Source: an uncultured Oscillospiraceae bacterium (GTDB lineage Bacteria; Bacillota; Clostridia; UMGS1883). Taken from it: DNA of 34,562 nt. Under the pieces are notes generated by a model. It was not told the origin of the DNA. It saw only the letters and a list, made by a program, of their open reading frames with translations, and searched no databases. How positions within the stretch are numbered: the stretch's first letter is position 1; each line of letters starts with the position of its first letter. A program made the position numbers and the translations under genes. This document shows positions 9,672 through 18,278 of the stretch, piece after piece. The DNA lies in assembly GCA_964651775.1 (NCBI GenBank), contig CAZYYT010000003.1:1636-36197 (forward strand), given 5' to 3'.

Positions 9672-10673
9672 GTGATTGAATTGAATATTCGCCAACAGAC
9701 CGAAAAAATTGAAAGAGAAACGCTATCAAAATACGCTACGCTTTCCGAAAACACAAAGGGCAGAACAATAGATGTGCCGCTTTGCGAAATAAGGACGGAG
9801 TTTCAGCGTGACAGAGATAAGATAATCCACTCAAAGTCATTTCGTAGGCTTAAGCATAAAACACAGGTTTTCATAACTCCGGAGGGGGACCACTACAGAA
9901 CACGTCTTACCCATACGCTTGAGGTCGCGCAAATAGCAAGAACAATAGCGCGCGCCCTTAGACTTAATGAAGACCTTGCGGAGGCGGCATCGCTTGGACA
10001 CGATTTAGGGCACACCCCCTTTGGGCATTCTGGCGAAACCGCACTTAATGAGCTTTCAAGTGAGGGGTTTTGCCACAGTGTTCACAGTATACGTGTTGCA
10101 GAAAAGCTTGAATGCCTTAACCTTACCTACGAGGTGCTTGACGGAATACTGCACCATTCAGGGTGTGACGTTGCCCATACGATTGAAGGCAGGCTTATAA
10201 AATATGCAGACAGAATAGCGTATATAAACCACGATATTGATGACGCTGTGCGTGGGGGAATTATTTCGGAAGATGATATACCCAAATCTATTACAGATGT
10301 GCTTGGAAAAACACATGGTGAAAGAATTAACACGCTTGTTGTTGATATTATAAATTCGTCAATTAATAAGGACGATATCTATATGACAGATGAGGTAGAG
10401 AAAAGAATGCATGAGCTTCGCACATTTATGTTTGACAATGTATATATCGGCTCAACCGCAAAAGAGGAAGAGGTTAAGATTAAAGGCATTATGACGGGGA
10501 TTTTCACCCACTATATGGAGCACCCCGAAGAGATGCCCAAAAACATGCAGGAAACTACAGAAAAAGAGGGCGTTGAGCGTGCAGTTTGTGACTATCTTGC
10601 AGGGATGAGTGATAGATTTGCAATATACACATATAATAACCTTTATGTGCCCAAATCATGGAATAAAATATAA
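9672..10673 (+). CDS. dgt: dGTP triphosphohydrolase-like HD-domain phosphohydrolase (short Dgt family)
   Basis: FQRDRDKIIHSKSFRRLKHKTQVF and DHYRTRLTHTLEVAQIARTIA are present, as are the HD residues GHDLGHTPFGH. The start is uncertain: GTG at 9672 lies only 3 nt after AAGG, and TTG at 9681 is an alternative. Confidence 0.85.
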   Translation: MIELNIRQQTEKIERETLSKYATLSENTKGRTIDVPLCEIRTEFQRDRDKIIHSKSFRRLKHKTQVFITPEGDHYRTRLTHTLEVAQIARTIARALRLNEDLAEAASLGHDLGHTPFGHSGETALNELSSEGFCHSVHSIRVAEKLECLNLTYEVLDGILHHSGCDVAHTIEGRLIKYADRIAYINHDIDDAVRGGIISEDDIPKSITDVLGKTHGERINTLVVDIINSSINKDDIYMTDEVEKRMHELRTFMFDNVYIGSTAKEEEVKIKGIMTGIFTHYMEHPEEMPKNMQETTEKEGVERAVCDYLAGMSDRFAIYTYNNLYVPKSWNKI

Positions 10674-10681
10674 GGGAATTG

Positions 10682-10710
10682 TTGACAGAAACAGGTAAAT
10701 ATAATAAAAT
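10682..10710 (+). promoter_or_regulatory. Sigma-A promoter for the glucokinase-pfp-mutS2 unit
   Basis: TTGACA (10682-10687), 17-nt spacer, TAAAAT (10705-10710). An AGGAGG RBS sits 7 nt before the ATG at 10738. Confidence 0.6.
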
Positions 10711-10737
10711 ATATATATCAAATTCTAGGAGGAAATA

Positions 10738-11670
10738 ATGATGTACATTGGTATAGACGTAGGCGGTATGAGTATTAAGGCCGGTCTTGTAGACGAAAAG
10801 GGAAAGCTAATCTGTAAGCATAGCGTAAAAACGCCCCTCGATGGTAACGATGCCTTCTGCGAAGCAATGGCAGAGGCTGTTCGTGGTGTTATCAAAAAGG
10901 CCGATTATAAGGGTGAAATCATTGCTATCGGTATCGGTGCACCGGGTGTTGTTGACCGCGAGAAGGGGTTTTTGGTATATAGCTGCAACATCCCCTATCA
11001 AAACGCGCCTGTTGGAAAGTATCTTACAAAGGAATTTGATGTACCGGTGCTTGTTGAAAACGATGCAAACAGTGCTGCCCTTGGCGAATTCTATGCGGCA
11101 GAGGATGCAAGAAACTTCATCTTCATCACACTTGGTACAGGTGTTGGTGGAGGTATTGTAATAGATGGAAAGCTTTACACAGGCTCAAATGGTGTTGGTG
11201 GTGAGCTTGGACATATAGTAACACACGCAGGCGGCAGAAAATGTGGCTGTGGCAGACTTGGTTGCTGGGAAGCTTATGCTTCAACAAGTGGACTAATTAA
11301 GCTTACTGAAGAAAATCGTGATAAAATTGCGTCCATTGGTAAAGATGAAATTATCACCGGTAAAACAGTATTCGACGCCGCAGAAAAAGGCGATAAGGAA
11401 GCTATCCGAGTTCGTGATGAATGGGTAAAGGAAGTTGCTATCGGTCTTGCTGATGTGGTAAATATCTTCCAACCTGATGAGGTTGTAGTAGGCGGTGCAG
11501 TTTCAAACCAGGGCGAGGTTATTTTAGGCCCTGTTCGTGAGTTTGTTTATAAAGAGGAATACACCTCTACACAGCCAAACGTTAAAAAGGCGAAAATCAT
11601 CAACTCTCGTATTGGTGACGATGCAGGCATTATAGGTGCTGCACTTCTTTGGAAGAATAAGAATGAATAA
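10738..11670 (+). CDS. glcK: ROK-family glucokinase
   Basis: N-terminal ATPase motif IGIDVGGMSIKAG, then LGTGVGGGIV, and the ROK zinc motif GHI...CGCGRLGCWEAYAS. Confidence 0.85.
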   Translation: MMYIGIDVGGMSIKAGLVDEKGKLICKHSVKTPLDGNDAFCEAMAEAVRGVIKKADYKGEIIAIGIGAPGVVDREKGFLVYSCNIPYQNAPVGKYLTKEFDVPVLVENDANSAALGEFYAAEDARNFIFITLGTGVGGGIVIDGKLYTGSNGVGGELGHIVTHAGGRKCGCGRLGCWEAYASTSGLIKLTEENRDKIASIGKDEIITGKTVFDAAEKGDKEAIRVRDEWVKEVAIGLADVVNIFQPDEVVVGGAVSNQGEVILGPVREFVYKEEYTSTQPNVKKAKIINSRIGDDAGIIGAALLWKNKNE

Positions 11671-12910
11671 GGTGAATGCAGTGAATATAAACGGAAATGT
11701 TGTTGTTGGACAATCAGGTGGGCCGACGGCTGTTATAAATGCATCTCTTGCAGGGGTATTTTACGGTGCAAAAAAGCTTGGCGCTGAAAAAATCTTCGGT
11801 ATGAAAAACGGAATTGAGGGGTTTTTATCAGAAGAGATGATAGATATGAAAGATCACATCAAATACGATAATGATGTGGAGCTTCTTAAAAGAACACCAT
11901 CGTCATACCTTGGCTCTTGCAGATTTAAACTTCCTGAGCCTGTGGAGGGAAACGAAATCTACGAAAAGCTTTTCTCTCTTTTTAAAAAGTATAACATTAC
12001 TTGCTTTTTCTATATCGGCGGCAACGATTCTATGGACACTGTTAAAAAGCTAAGTGAGTATGCCGGTTTTAATAATAGTAGCATTCGCTTTATAGGCGTG
12101 CCCAAAACAATAGATAATGACCTTGTACTTACTGACCACACCCCCGGCTTTGGCAGTGCGGCAAAATATGTTGCAACTATTACTAAAGAGCTTGTGTGTG
12201 ACAGCCTTGTGTATGACCTTGAAAGTGTTACGGTTGTTGAAATTATGGGCCGTGATGCAGGTTGGCTTACAGGGGCCTCGGCACTTTCAAAGGGGGAGGA
12301 CTGCGAAGGTCCTGCAATGGTATTTTTGCCGGAGGTTCCGTTTGATTACGAATATGTAAAAAAGCGTGTCAGTGAGCTTATGAAAACCAAAAAATCACTT
12401 GTAATTACAATGTCTGAAGGCATTCGCACACGAGAAGGCATGTACGTTTGTGAGGAAGGTGCAGAAGTAAAGAGGGACGTGTTTGGCCATGTTCAATTAA
12501 GTGCAGCATCGCAGGTTGTGGCAGAAAGGCTAAAAAACGACCTCAAGATTAAAACACGCGCGGTGGAGCTTTCCACAATCCAGCGCTGCGGATCGCACAT
12601 TTCTTCTCTTACAGATGTTAACGAAGCTTTTTTTGTTGGTGAGGCAGCAACTTTTGCCGCGGCAAATGGTGAAAGCGGCAAGATGGCGCTTATTAAAAGA
12701 ATTTCTGATGAGCCATATGTTTCCACTACTGACACTGTCGATGTAGCCGAGGTGGCAAATCTTATAAAAGAGGTGCCAAGGTTTATGATTAATGAAAATG
12801 GTGACGGGGTTACAGATGCGTTTATTAAGTATGCAAGACCGCTTATTATGGGCGAGGTTTCGCAGATGACAGTAAACGGACTTCCCCAGCATATAAAAAA
12901 GGAATGGTAA
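11663..12910 (+). CDS. Phosphofructokinase paralogue with a PPi-type signature (GGPTAVIN, GGNDS, PKTIDND)
   Basis: PFK-family motifs VVGQSGGPTAVINASL, FYIGGNDSMDT, VPKTIDNDL, MGRDAGWL and TIQRCG are present. The start is set at the ATG at 11663, which overlaps the glucokinase stop (ATGAATAA). The ORF-track start at 11636 would add a non-conserved MLHFFGRIR extension. Confidence 0.8.
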   Translation: MNKVNAVNINGNVVVGQSGGPTAVINASLAGVFYGAKKLGAEKIFGMKNGIEGFLSEEMIDMKDHIKYDNDVELLKRTPSSYLGSCRFKLPEPVEGNEIYEKLFSLFKKYNITCFFYIGGNDSMDTVKKLSEYAGFNNSSIRFIGVPKTIDNDLVLTDHTPGFGSAAKYVATITKELVCDSLVYDLESVTVVEIMGRDAGWLTGASALSKGEDCEGPAMVFLPEVPFDYEYVKKRVSELMKTKKSLVITMSEGIRTREGMYVCEEGAEVKRDVFGHVQLSAASQVVAERLKNDLKIKTRAVELSTIQRCGSHISSLTDVNEAFFVGEAATFAAANGESGKMALIKRISDEPYVSTTDTVDVAEVANLIKEVPRFMINENGDGVTDAFIKYARPLIMGEVSQMTVNGLPQHIKKEW

Positions 12911-12913
12911 CTG

Positions 12914-15292
12914 ATGGATGAGCGTACTCTGAGAGTGCTTGAGTTTAATAGAATAAGGCAAATGCTTTCAGAATGTGCTGCTTGCGGTGAAACCAAGGCA
13001 CGTTGTGAGGAGATTTCACCTGTTTCCGATATATATTTTGCAGAAAAGATGCTTTTAGAAACTGCTGAGGCGGAAACACTTATCCTCAAAAAGGGTGCGC
13101 CTTCCATAAGCCCTGTGAAAAATGTGTCTGCATCGGCAAAAAGGGCAAGTGCCGGTGGCACGCTTTCGATGGGTGAGCTTCTTGGTGTTTCACATCTACT
13201 TCGTATGGCAAGGGGCTTTGTAAGTTATTTTGATGAGGATGATTTTGATTCGCTTTTCCCCAATTTAGCAAATATCTTCAAAAGCGTGACAGAAAATAAA
13301 AAGCTTGAGCAGGCGATTTCTTCCGCAATTATTAGTGATGAGGAAATGGCGGACGATGCCTCCTCCGAGCTTTTGGCAATAAGAAGAAAAATGCGCGCAC
13401 TTCACGGAAAGGTTCGTGAGGTGCTTAATGATATGATACACTCACCACACTACAGTACTGCCCTTCAAGAGCCGATTGTTACAATGCGTGGTGACAGATA
13501 CGTTATCCCCGTTAAAAGTGAGCATAAGTCAAAGGTGGCAGGCGTTGTACACGACAGCTCTGCAAGTGGGCAAACACTTTTTATTGAGCCGATGGCTGCG
13601 GTGGAGATAAATAACAAGCTTCGCGCCTTTATGGGTGAGGAAAAGGACGAGATTGAGCGTATTTTAATGGAGCTTTCTTTGAGGGTATCAGATTGTGCAG
13701 AAGAAGTTATAAGAAACTACGATGCACTTTTAGAGCTTGACTTTATCTTTGCAAAGGGTAAGCTTTCTCTTAAAATGAAAGGCAGTGCCCCAAAACTTAA
13801 TACAGATGGAATTATAAATATTAAAAAGGGGCGCCATCCCCTTATTGACCAAAAAAAGGTTGTGCCAACGGATATTTACCTTGGGCGTAATTTTGACACG
13901 CTTGTTATAACAGGTCCAAACACCGGCGGTAAGACAGTTTCCATTAAAACAGTCGGCCTTTTTACGATTATGGCACTTTCGGGCCTTTCAATACCCTGTG
14001 CTGATGGCAGTGAAATTGCAGTTTTTGATAATGTTTTTGCAGACATTGGTGATGAACAGTCGATTGAGCAATCGCTTAGTACTTTTTCGGCGCATATGAC
14101 CAATATAATAAATATTTTAGATAAGGCAGACTATAAGTCCCTTATTCTTTTTGATGAGCTTTGCTCCGGTACCGACCCTATCGAGGGTGCGGCGCTTGCA
14201 GTTGCAATACTTGAGCGTGCACGTGCTTTAGGTGCAAAGGTTTGTGCAACAACGCACTACAGTGAAATTAAGCTTTATGCCCTTTCTACAGACAGGGTGG
14301 AAAATGCTGCTTGTGAGTTTGATGTTCAAAGCCTTAAGCCCACCTATAGGCTTCTTATAGGTATACCAGGGAAAAGTAATGCGTTTGCAATATCACGCAG
14401 GCTTGGCCTTGGGGGAGAAATTATTGACCACGCACAATCGCTTATTGACAGTGAAAATACACGCTTTGAGGATGTTATTTCAACACTTGAAAAACAGCGC
14501 ATCAAGGCGGAGGAAGAACTTTTAAAGGCAAGTAAGGCAAAGGAAGAGAGCTTAATTCATAAGGATGCGGTAGAAAATGAGCGTAAGCTTATAGAAAGCA
14601 GGCGCGAAAAAATCCTGACGGAAGCACGAAGGGATGCACAAAAAATATACGAGCAGGCAAAAAATGAGGCTGACAGAATAGTGCGGGAAATGCAAAAGCT
14701 TTTAAACGAGTCTGCAAGTGCTAACAGAGGCAAAATTGAAGAGGGCAGAAGAAGTCTTAAGCACAGCTCAGATGATATTGCAGGCAAAATAACGGGTGAT
14801 GTGTTTAAAAACAAAACCGAGAAAAAGCTTAAGGCAGAGAATATAAAGCTTGGTCAGGTGGTATCGGTTACAACAATGGACCAGATTGGTGAGGTAATGA
14901 CCCTTCCCGATAAAAAAGGCGAGCTTTTTGTTATGGTGGGAAGCCTTAGAATTAAAACTAACGTATCAACTTTAGCACCTGCCAAGAAACCGAAGAAAAA
15001 GGTGGAAAGTACAAGCTATATTTCTTCATCCGGAAGTCCGCTTTCTGATATTAAACCGGAAATTGACCTTCGTGGTCAGACTGCCAATGATGCACTTATT
15101 ATGGTCGATAAATATCTTGACGATGCTTATCGCGCACACTTTGAGTTGGTAAGCATAATTCACGGGAAGGGCACAGGTGTGCTTAGAAGCGTGATAACCG
15201 ACATGCTCAGGCATCATCCCCACGCAAAGAGCTTTCGCCCAGGGAAATTTGGTGAGGGTGAGGCAGGCGTTACGGTGGTTGAAATAAAGTAA
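12914..15292 (+). CDS. mutS2: Endonuclease MutS2 (MutS-family ATPase with C-terminal Smr domain)
   Basis: Walker A ITGPNTGGKTV, MutS signature STFSAHM, Walker B LFDELCSGTDP, a coiled-coil linker and the Smr domain (IDLRGQTANDA...IIHGKGTGVLR). It starts 3 nt after the stop of the preceding gene. Confidence 0.9.
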   Translation: MDERTLRVLEFNRIRQMLSECAACGETKARCEEISPVSDIYFAEKMLLETAEAETLILKKGAPSISPVKNVSASAKRASAGGTLSMGELLGVSHLLRMARGFVSYFDEDDFDSLFPNLANIFKSVTENKKLEQAISSAIISDEEMADDASSELLAIRRKMRALHGKVREVLNDMIHSPHYSTALQEPIVTMRGDRYVIPVKSEHKSKVAGVVHDSSASGQTLFIEPMAAVEINNKLRAFMGEEKDEIERILMELSLRVSDCAEEVIRNYDALLELDFIFAKGKLSLKMKGSAPKLNTDGIINIKKGRHPLIDQKKVVPTDIYLGRNFDTLVITGPNTGGKTVSIKTVGLFTIMALSGLSIPCADGSEIAVFDNVFADIGDEQSIEQSLSTFSAHMTNIINILDKADYKSLILFDELCSGTDPIEGAALAVAILERARALGAKVCATTHYSEIKLYALSTDRVENAACEFDVQSLKPTYRLLIGIPGKSNAFAISRRLGLGGEIIDHAQSLIDSENTRFEDVISTLEKQRIKAEEELLKASKAKEESLIHKDAVENERKLIESRREKILTEARRDAQKIYEQAKNEADRIVREMQKLLNESASANRGKIEEGRRSLKHSSDDIAGKITGDVFKNKTEKKLKAENIKLGQVVSVTTMDQIGEVMTLPDKKGELFVMVGSLRIKTNVSTLAPAKKPKKKVESTSYISSSGSPLSDIKPEIDLRGQTANDALIMVDKYLDDAYRAHFELVSIIHGKGTGVLRSVITDMLRHHPHAKSFRPGKFGEGEAGVTVVEIK

Positions 15293-15491
15293 CAAAAATA
15301 TTGACATCATTTTTTGCCAGTAATCTAATTATTTTGTTAAAATTTAGCTGTTAATACAATTAACGTGGTAGTTTATGCTCTTAAAAATAGTGGCATTGGA
15401 TATGACCTTTTGTAGGTGCTAACATTGCAGGCTTTAAGAAGGTTGCGGAAGCAATGCTTGCTTATGGCATTTGCTAATTAAATAAAATAAT

Positions 15492-15523
15492 AAAAGTTGT
15501 GATGCGTTAGCATCACAACTTTT
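15492..15523. terminator. Bidirectional intrinsic terminator between mutS2 and recA
   Basis: Perfect 14-bp inverted repeat AAAAGTTGTGATGC / GCATCACAACTTTT with loop GTTA. It has an A-run on the left and a T-run on the right, so it can work in both directions. Confidence 0.85.
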
Positions 15524-15550
15524 ATTATAGATATTAATTTTAAAGGATTT

Positions 15551-16561
15551 TTAATTACCTGTTTGGGTGAGTAGCGGCATACCAAGTTTTTCACGGATTT
15601 GGTTTTCAATATTAAACGCAAATTCCTTATTGTCAATCATATACTGCTTAACATTTTCCCTGCCCTGGCCAAGTCTTTCTTCACCATAGCTAAACCATGA
15701 GCCGCCTTTTCTGATAATATCAAGATTTACAGCAACATCTAAAAGGTTACCTTCCCTTGAAATGCCCTTGCCGTACATCATATCAAATTCCGCCTCTTTA
15801 AACGGGGGCGCAACCTTATTTTTAACAATTTTAACACGTGTCCTGTTTCCGATAAATTCAGTACCGTTTTTAATTGTATCAATTCTTCTTACATCCATTC
15901 TTACAGATGCATAAAACTTAAGCGCACGTCCACCGGCGGTTGTTTCGGGGTTTCCGTACATAACGCCGATTTTTTCACGAAGCTGATTGATGAAGATGCA
16001 TATGGTGTTGCTTTTATTTAAAACACCTGCAAGCTTACGAAGCGCCTGCGACATAAGTCTTGCCTGTAAACCAACGTGAGAGTCGCCCATCTCACCATCA
16101 ATTTCTGCCTTGGGTACAAGTGCTGCAACAGAGTCGATAACAATAACGTCAAGTGCACCGCTTCTAACAAGTGCTTCTGCAATTTCAAGCCCCTGCTCAC
16201 CTGTGTCTGGCTGTGACACGATTAAAGAATCAACATCAACGCCAAGTGCAGCTGCATATGTAGGATCAAGCGCATGCTCTGCATCAATAAAGGCGGCTTC
16301 ACCGCCAAGCTTTTGCGCTTCAGCAACAATGTGAAGTGCGATGGTTGTTTTACCACTTGATTCAGGACCAAAGATTTCTATAATTCTGCCACGTGGAACG
16401 CCACCGATACCAAGTGCAATGTCAAGGCTGAGTGAACCGGTGGGAATAGTCTCAACATTATAGTGTGTGTTTTCGCCAAGTTTCATAACGGAGCCTTTGC
16501 CATACTGCTTTTCAATTTGTGCCATCGCCATGGCGAGGGCCTCTTTTTTTCCTTCAGACAT
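15551..16561 (-). CDS. recA: Recombinase RecA
   Basis: Classic RecA sequence ([12 protein letters not shown] Walker [21 protein letters not shown]). The start is revised to the ATG at 16561 (MSEGKKEAL), which has GGAGG 7 nt upstream. The ORF-track ATG at 16585 lies inside the LexA box. Confidence 0.95.
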   Translation of the reverse strand: MSEGKKEALAMAMAQIEKQYGKGSVMKLGENTHYNVETIPTGSLSLDIALGIGGVPRGRIIEIFGPESSGKTTIALHIVAEAQKLGGEAAFIDAEHALDPTYAAALGVDVDSLIVSQPDTGEQGLEIAEALVRSGALDVIVIDSVAALVPKAEIDGEMGDSHVGLQARLMSQALRKLAGVLNKSNTICIFINQLREKIGVMYGNPETTAGGRALKFYASVRMDVRRIDTIKNGTEFIGNRTRVKIVKNKVAPPFKEAEFDMMYGKGISREGNLLDVAVNLDIIRKGGSWFSYGEERLGQGRENVKQYMIDNKEFAFNIENQIREKLGMPLLTQTGN

Positions 16562-16578
16562 ATTTTTACCTCCATACG

Positions 16579-16592
16579 CGAACATCTGTTCT
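16579..16592 (-). promoter_or_regulatory. LexA/DinR SOS (Cheo) box upstream of recA
   Basis: CGAACATCTGTTCT contains the Gram-positive GAAC-N4-GTTC core. It sits immediately downstream of the recA -10 element. Confidence 0.8.
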
Positions 16593-16593
16593 A

Positions 16594-16622
16594 ATTATAA
16601 TGCCAAAACTAATAAATGTCAA
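16594..16622 (-). promoter_or_regulatory. Sigma-A promoter of recA
   Basis: The minus strand reads TTGACA (16622-16617), exactly 17-nt spacer, TATAAT (16599-16594). The -35 overlaps the cinA stop codon. Confidence 0.8.
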
Positions 16623-17089
16623 TCTTTTTTTAAGATTTGTTCATTAATAAACTCAAAAACCTTTTCGCAGGTCTGTTTTTTTATTTTGCCACGCTTACCA
16701 TATAGGTTAAGCTTTTTTGCTATAGTGCCATGTTTTGAGGAAAGTGCAATCCATACAAGGCCCACGGGCTTTTCCTTTGTGCCGCCGCCCGGCCCTGCAA
16801 TGCCTGTTACGCTTACAGAAATATCAGCACCGCTAACCCTTCTTGCGCCATCTGCCATTTGAAGGGCTGTTTCTTCACTTACTGCGCCAAATTTTTGAAG
16901 TGTATCTTCACCGACACCAAGGATTTTAACCTTTGCTTCGTTAGCATAGGTTATAAATCCAAACCCATAAATTTCACTTGCGCCACTAACAGCGGTGATC
17001 TCTTTTCCAAGCATACCACCTGTGCAACTTTCGGCAGTAGCAATAGTTATATTTTTTTCAATAAGTGCGCGGATAACTTTTTCATTCAT
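16619..17089 (-). CDS. pncC: CinA C-terminal-domain protein / nicotinamide-nucleotide amidohydrolase PncC-like
   Basis: MNEKVIRALIEKNITIATAESCTGGMLG is the characteristic CinA_C/PncC N-terminus. The start is set at the ATG at 17089 (GAGGA RBS) rather than 17134, which would overlap thiI by 41 nt. The MoCF-binding N-terminal CinA domain is absent. Confidence 0.85.
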   Translation of the reverse strand: MNEKVIRALIEKNITIATAESCTGGMLGKEITAVSGASEIYGFGFITYANEAKVKILGVGEDTLQKFGAVSEETALQMADGARRVSGADISVSVTGIAGPGGGTKEKPVGLVWIALSSKHGTIAKKLNLYGKRGKIKKQTCEKVFEFINEQILKKD

Positions 17090-17093
17090 AAAA

Positions 17094-18278
17094 TCATTCC
17101 TCGGGCGTGATATAAAAAACTTCCGTTTCTTCAACTGCCTTACTTACCCAATATTCCATGTCAAGCCGACTTTGACTTTCCAAAATTTTATCAAGTCTTG
17201 GCTTTGTAGTGGGATGCTTGGGTACAAAAACCGTACAACAATCCTCATAGGGAAGAATTGACGTTTCAAAGGTTTCTATCTTACGTGCGATTTCAATAAT
17301 CTCGTTTTTATCCATACCGATAAGCGGGCGGAAAACGGGAAGTGTGTTTACACATTCATTTGTTACTGCAAGGGCGTGAATTGTCTGCGACGCAACCTGA
17401 CCAAGGCTTTCACCTGTGATAAGCGCATTTGAATTGTTTTTAAGTGCGATGCGCTCCGCCGTCATCATCATCATTCGGCGCATAATAAGTGTAAGATGCT
17501 CCTCGGGGCAATTGCCACGAATAGCAAGCTGCTGCTCTGTAAAAGGCACGATATAAAGGTTATATCTACCTGTGTACCCACTTACAATGCGCGCAAGCTT
17601 TATAACCTTTTCTTTTGCAAGCTCACTTGTATATGGTGGGCTGAAAAAGTGCACAGCATCAATCTCAACACCACGTTTTGCTATCATCCAAGCCGCAACG
17701 GGGCTGTCAATCCCGCCGGAAAGAAGTATGGTTGCCTTGCCGCTGCTGCCTGTTGGCATACCACCCATTCCACGCTCACGCGCACTGTCAGAATAGATAT
17801 AAGAAACGTTTTCACGTATTTCCACACGAACAAGCGCCTCAGGGTTTTGCACATCAACATTTATATTGGGCAAACGGTCAAGTATTGCGCCACCCATTTC
17901 ACTGCTGATTTCAGGGGATTTAAGGGGGAATGCCTTATCGCTTCTTTTAGATTCAACCTTAAAGGTGCGCACCCCGTAAAGTGACTGCACGATGTAGTCT
18001 GCACCATCCGTAAGAATGGCGTCCATATTTTTATCAAACACACCTGCACGAGCAATAAACACAATGCCAAATACCTTTTTTAGCTTTGAAATCATCTCAT
18101 CAATATCGCCTTCTTCTGATGGCGCTATGTAGATAACAGCCTGTGATTTTTTCATCTCGGCAATATTTTTTTTGCCGACTGCCTTTTTCATATTTGCAAT
18201 AAGCATATCCTCAAATCGGCTTCTGTTAAGGCCCTTAAGGATTATCTCTCCATATTTTACAAGGATAACTTCCTTCAT
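17094..18278 (-). CDS. thiI: tRNA 4-thiouridine(8) synthase ThiI (no rhodanese domain)
   Basis: An N-terminal ferredoxin-like/THUMP region is followed by the PP-loop LLSGGIDSPVAAW. The 394-aa length is typical of Firmicute ThiI. Confidence 0.9.
   Translation of the reverse strand: MKEVILVKYGEIILKGLNRSRFEDMLIANMKKAVGKKNIAEMKKSQAVIYIAPSEEGDIDEMISKLKKVFGIVFIARAGVFDKNMDAILTDGADYIVQSLYGVRTFKVESKRSDKAFPLKSPEISSEMGGAILDRLPNINVDVQNPEALVRVEIRENVSYIYSDSARERGMGGMPTGSSGKATILLSGGIDSPVAAWMIAKRGVEIDAVHFFSPPYTSELAKEKVIKLARIVSGYTGRYNLYIVPFTEQQLAIRGNCPEEHLTLIMRRMMMMTAERIALKNNSNALITGESLGQVASQTIHALAVTNECVNTLPVFRPLIGMDKNEIIEIARKIETFETSILPYEDCCTVFVPKHPTTKPRLDKILESQSRLDMEYWVSKAVEETEVFYITPEE

Noticed and set aside
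9672-10673. The dGTPase-like HD protein as a possible anti-phage dNTP-depletion defence gene.
   Set aside because: It is the short housekeeping Dgt-like form embedded among glycolysis and DNA-repair genes. There are no neighbouring defence, mobile or hypervariable genes and no compositional break, so nothing in the sequence supports a defence-island interpretation.
12493-13161. A long antisense or alternate-frame ORF of 222 aa on the minus strand. Similar examples are 858-1310 (-), 17496-17984 (+), 8747-9181 (-), 29136-29522 (+), 30212-30604 (+) and 31190-31576 (+).
   Set aside because: All are embedded opposite or out of frame within genes that have unmistakable conserved motifs (clpC, pfp/mutS2, thiI, pfkA, ROK, feoB). 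Their translations are low-complexity Ser/Leu/Ile/Cys-rich, they lack RBSs, and such ORFs are expected by chance opposite these genes.
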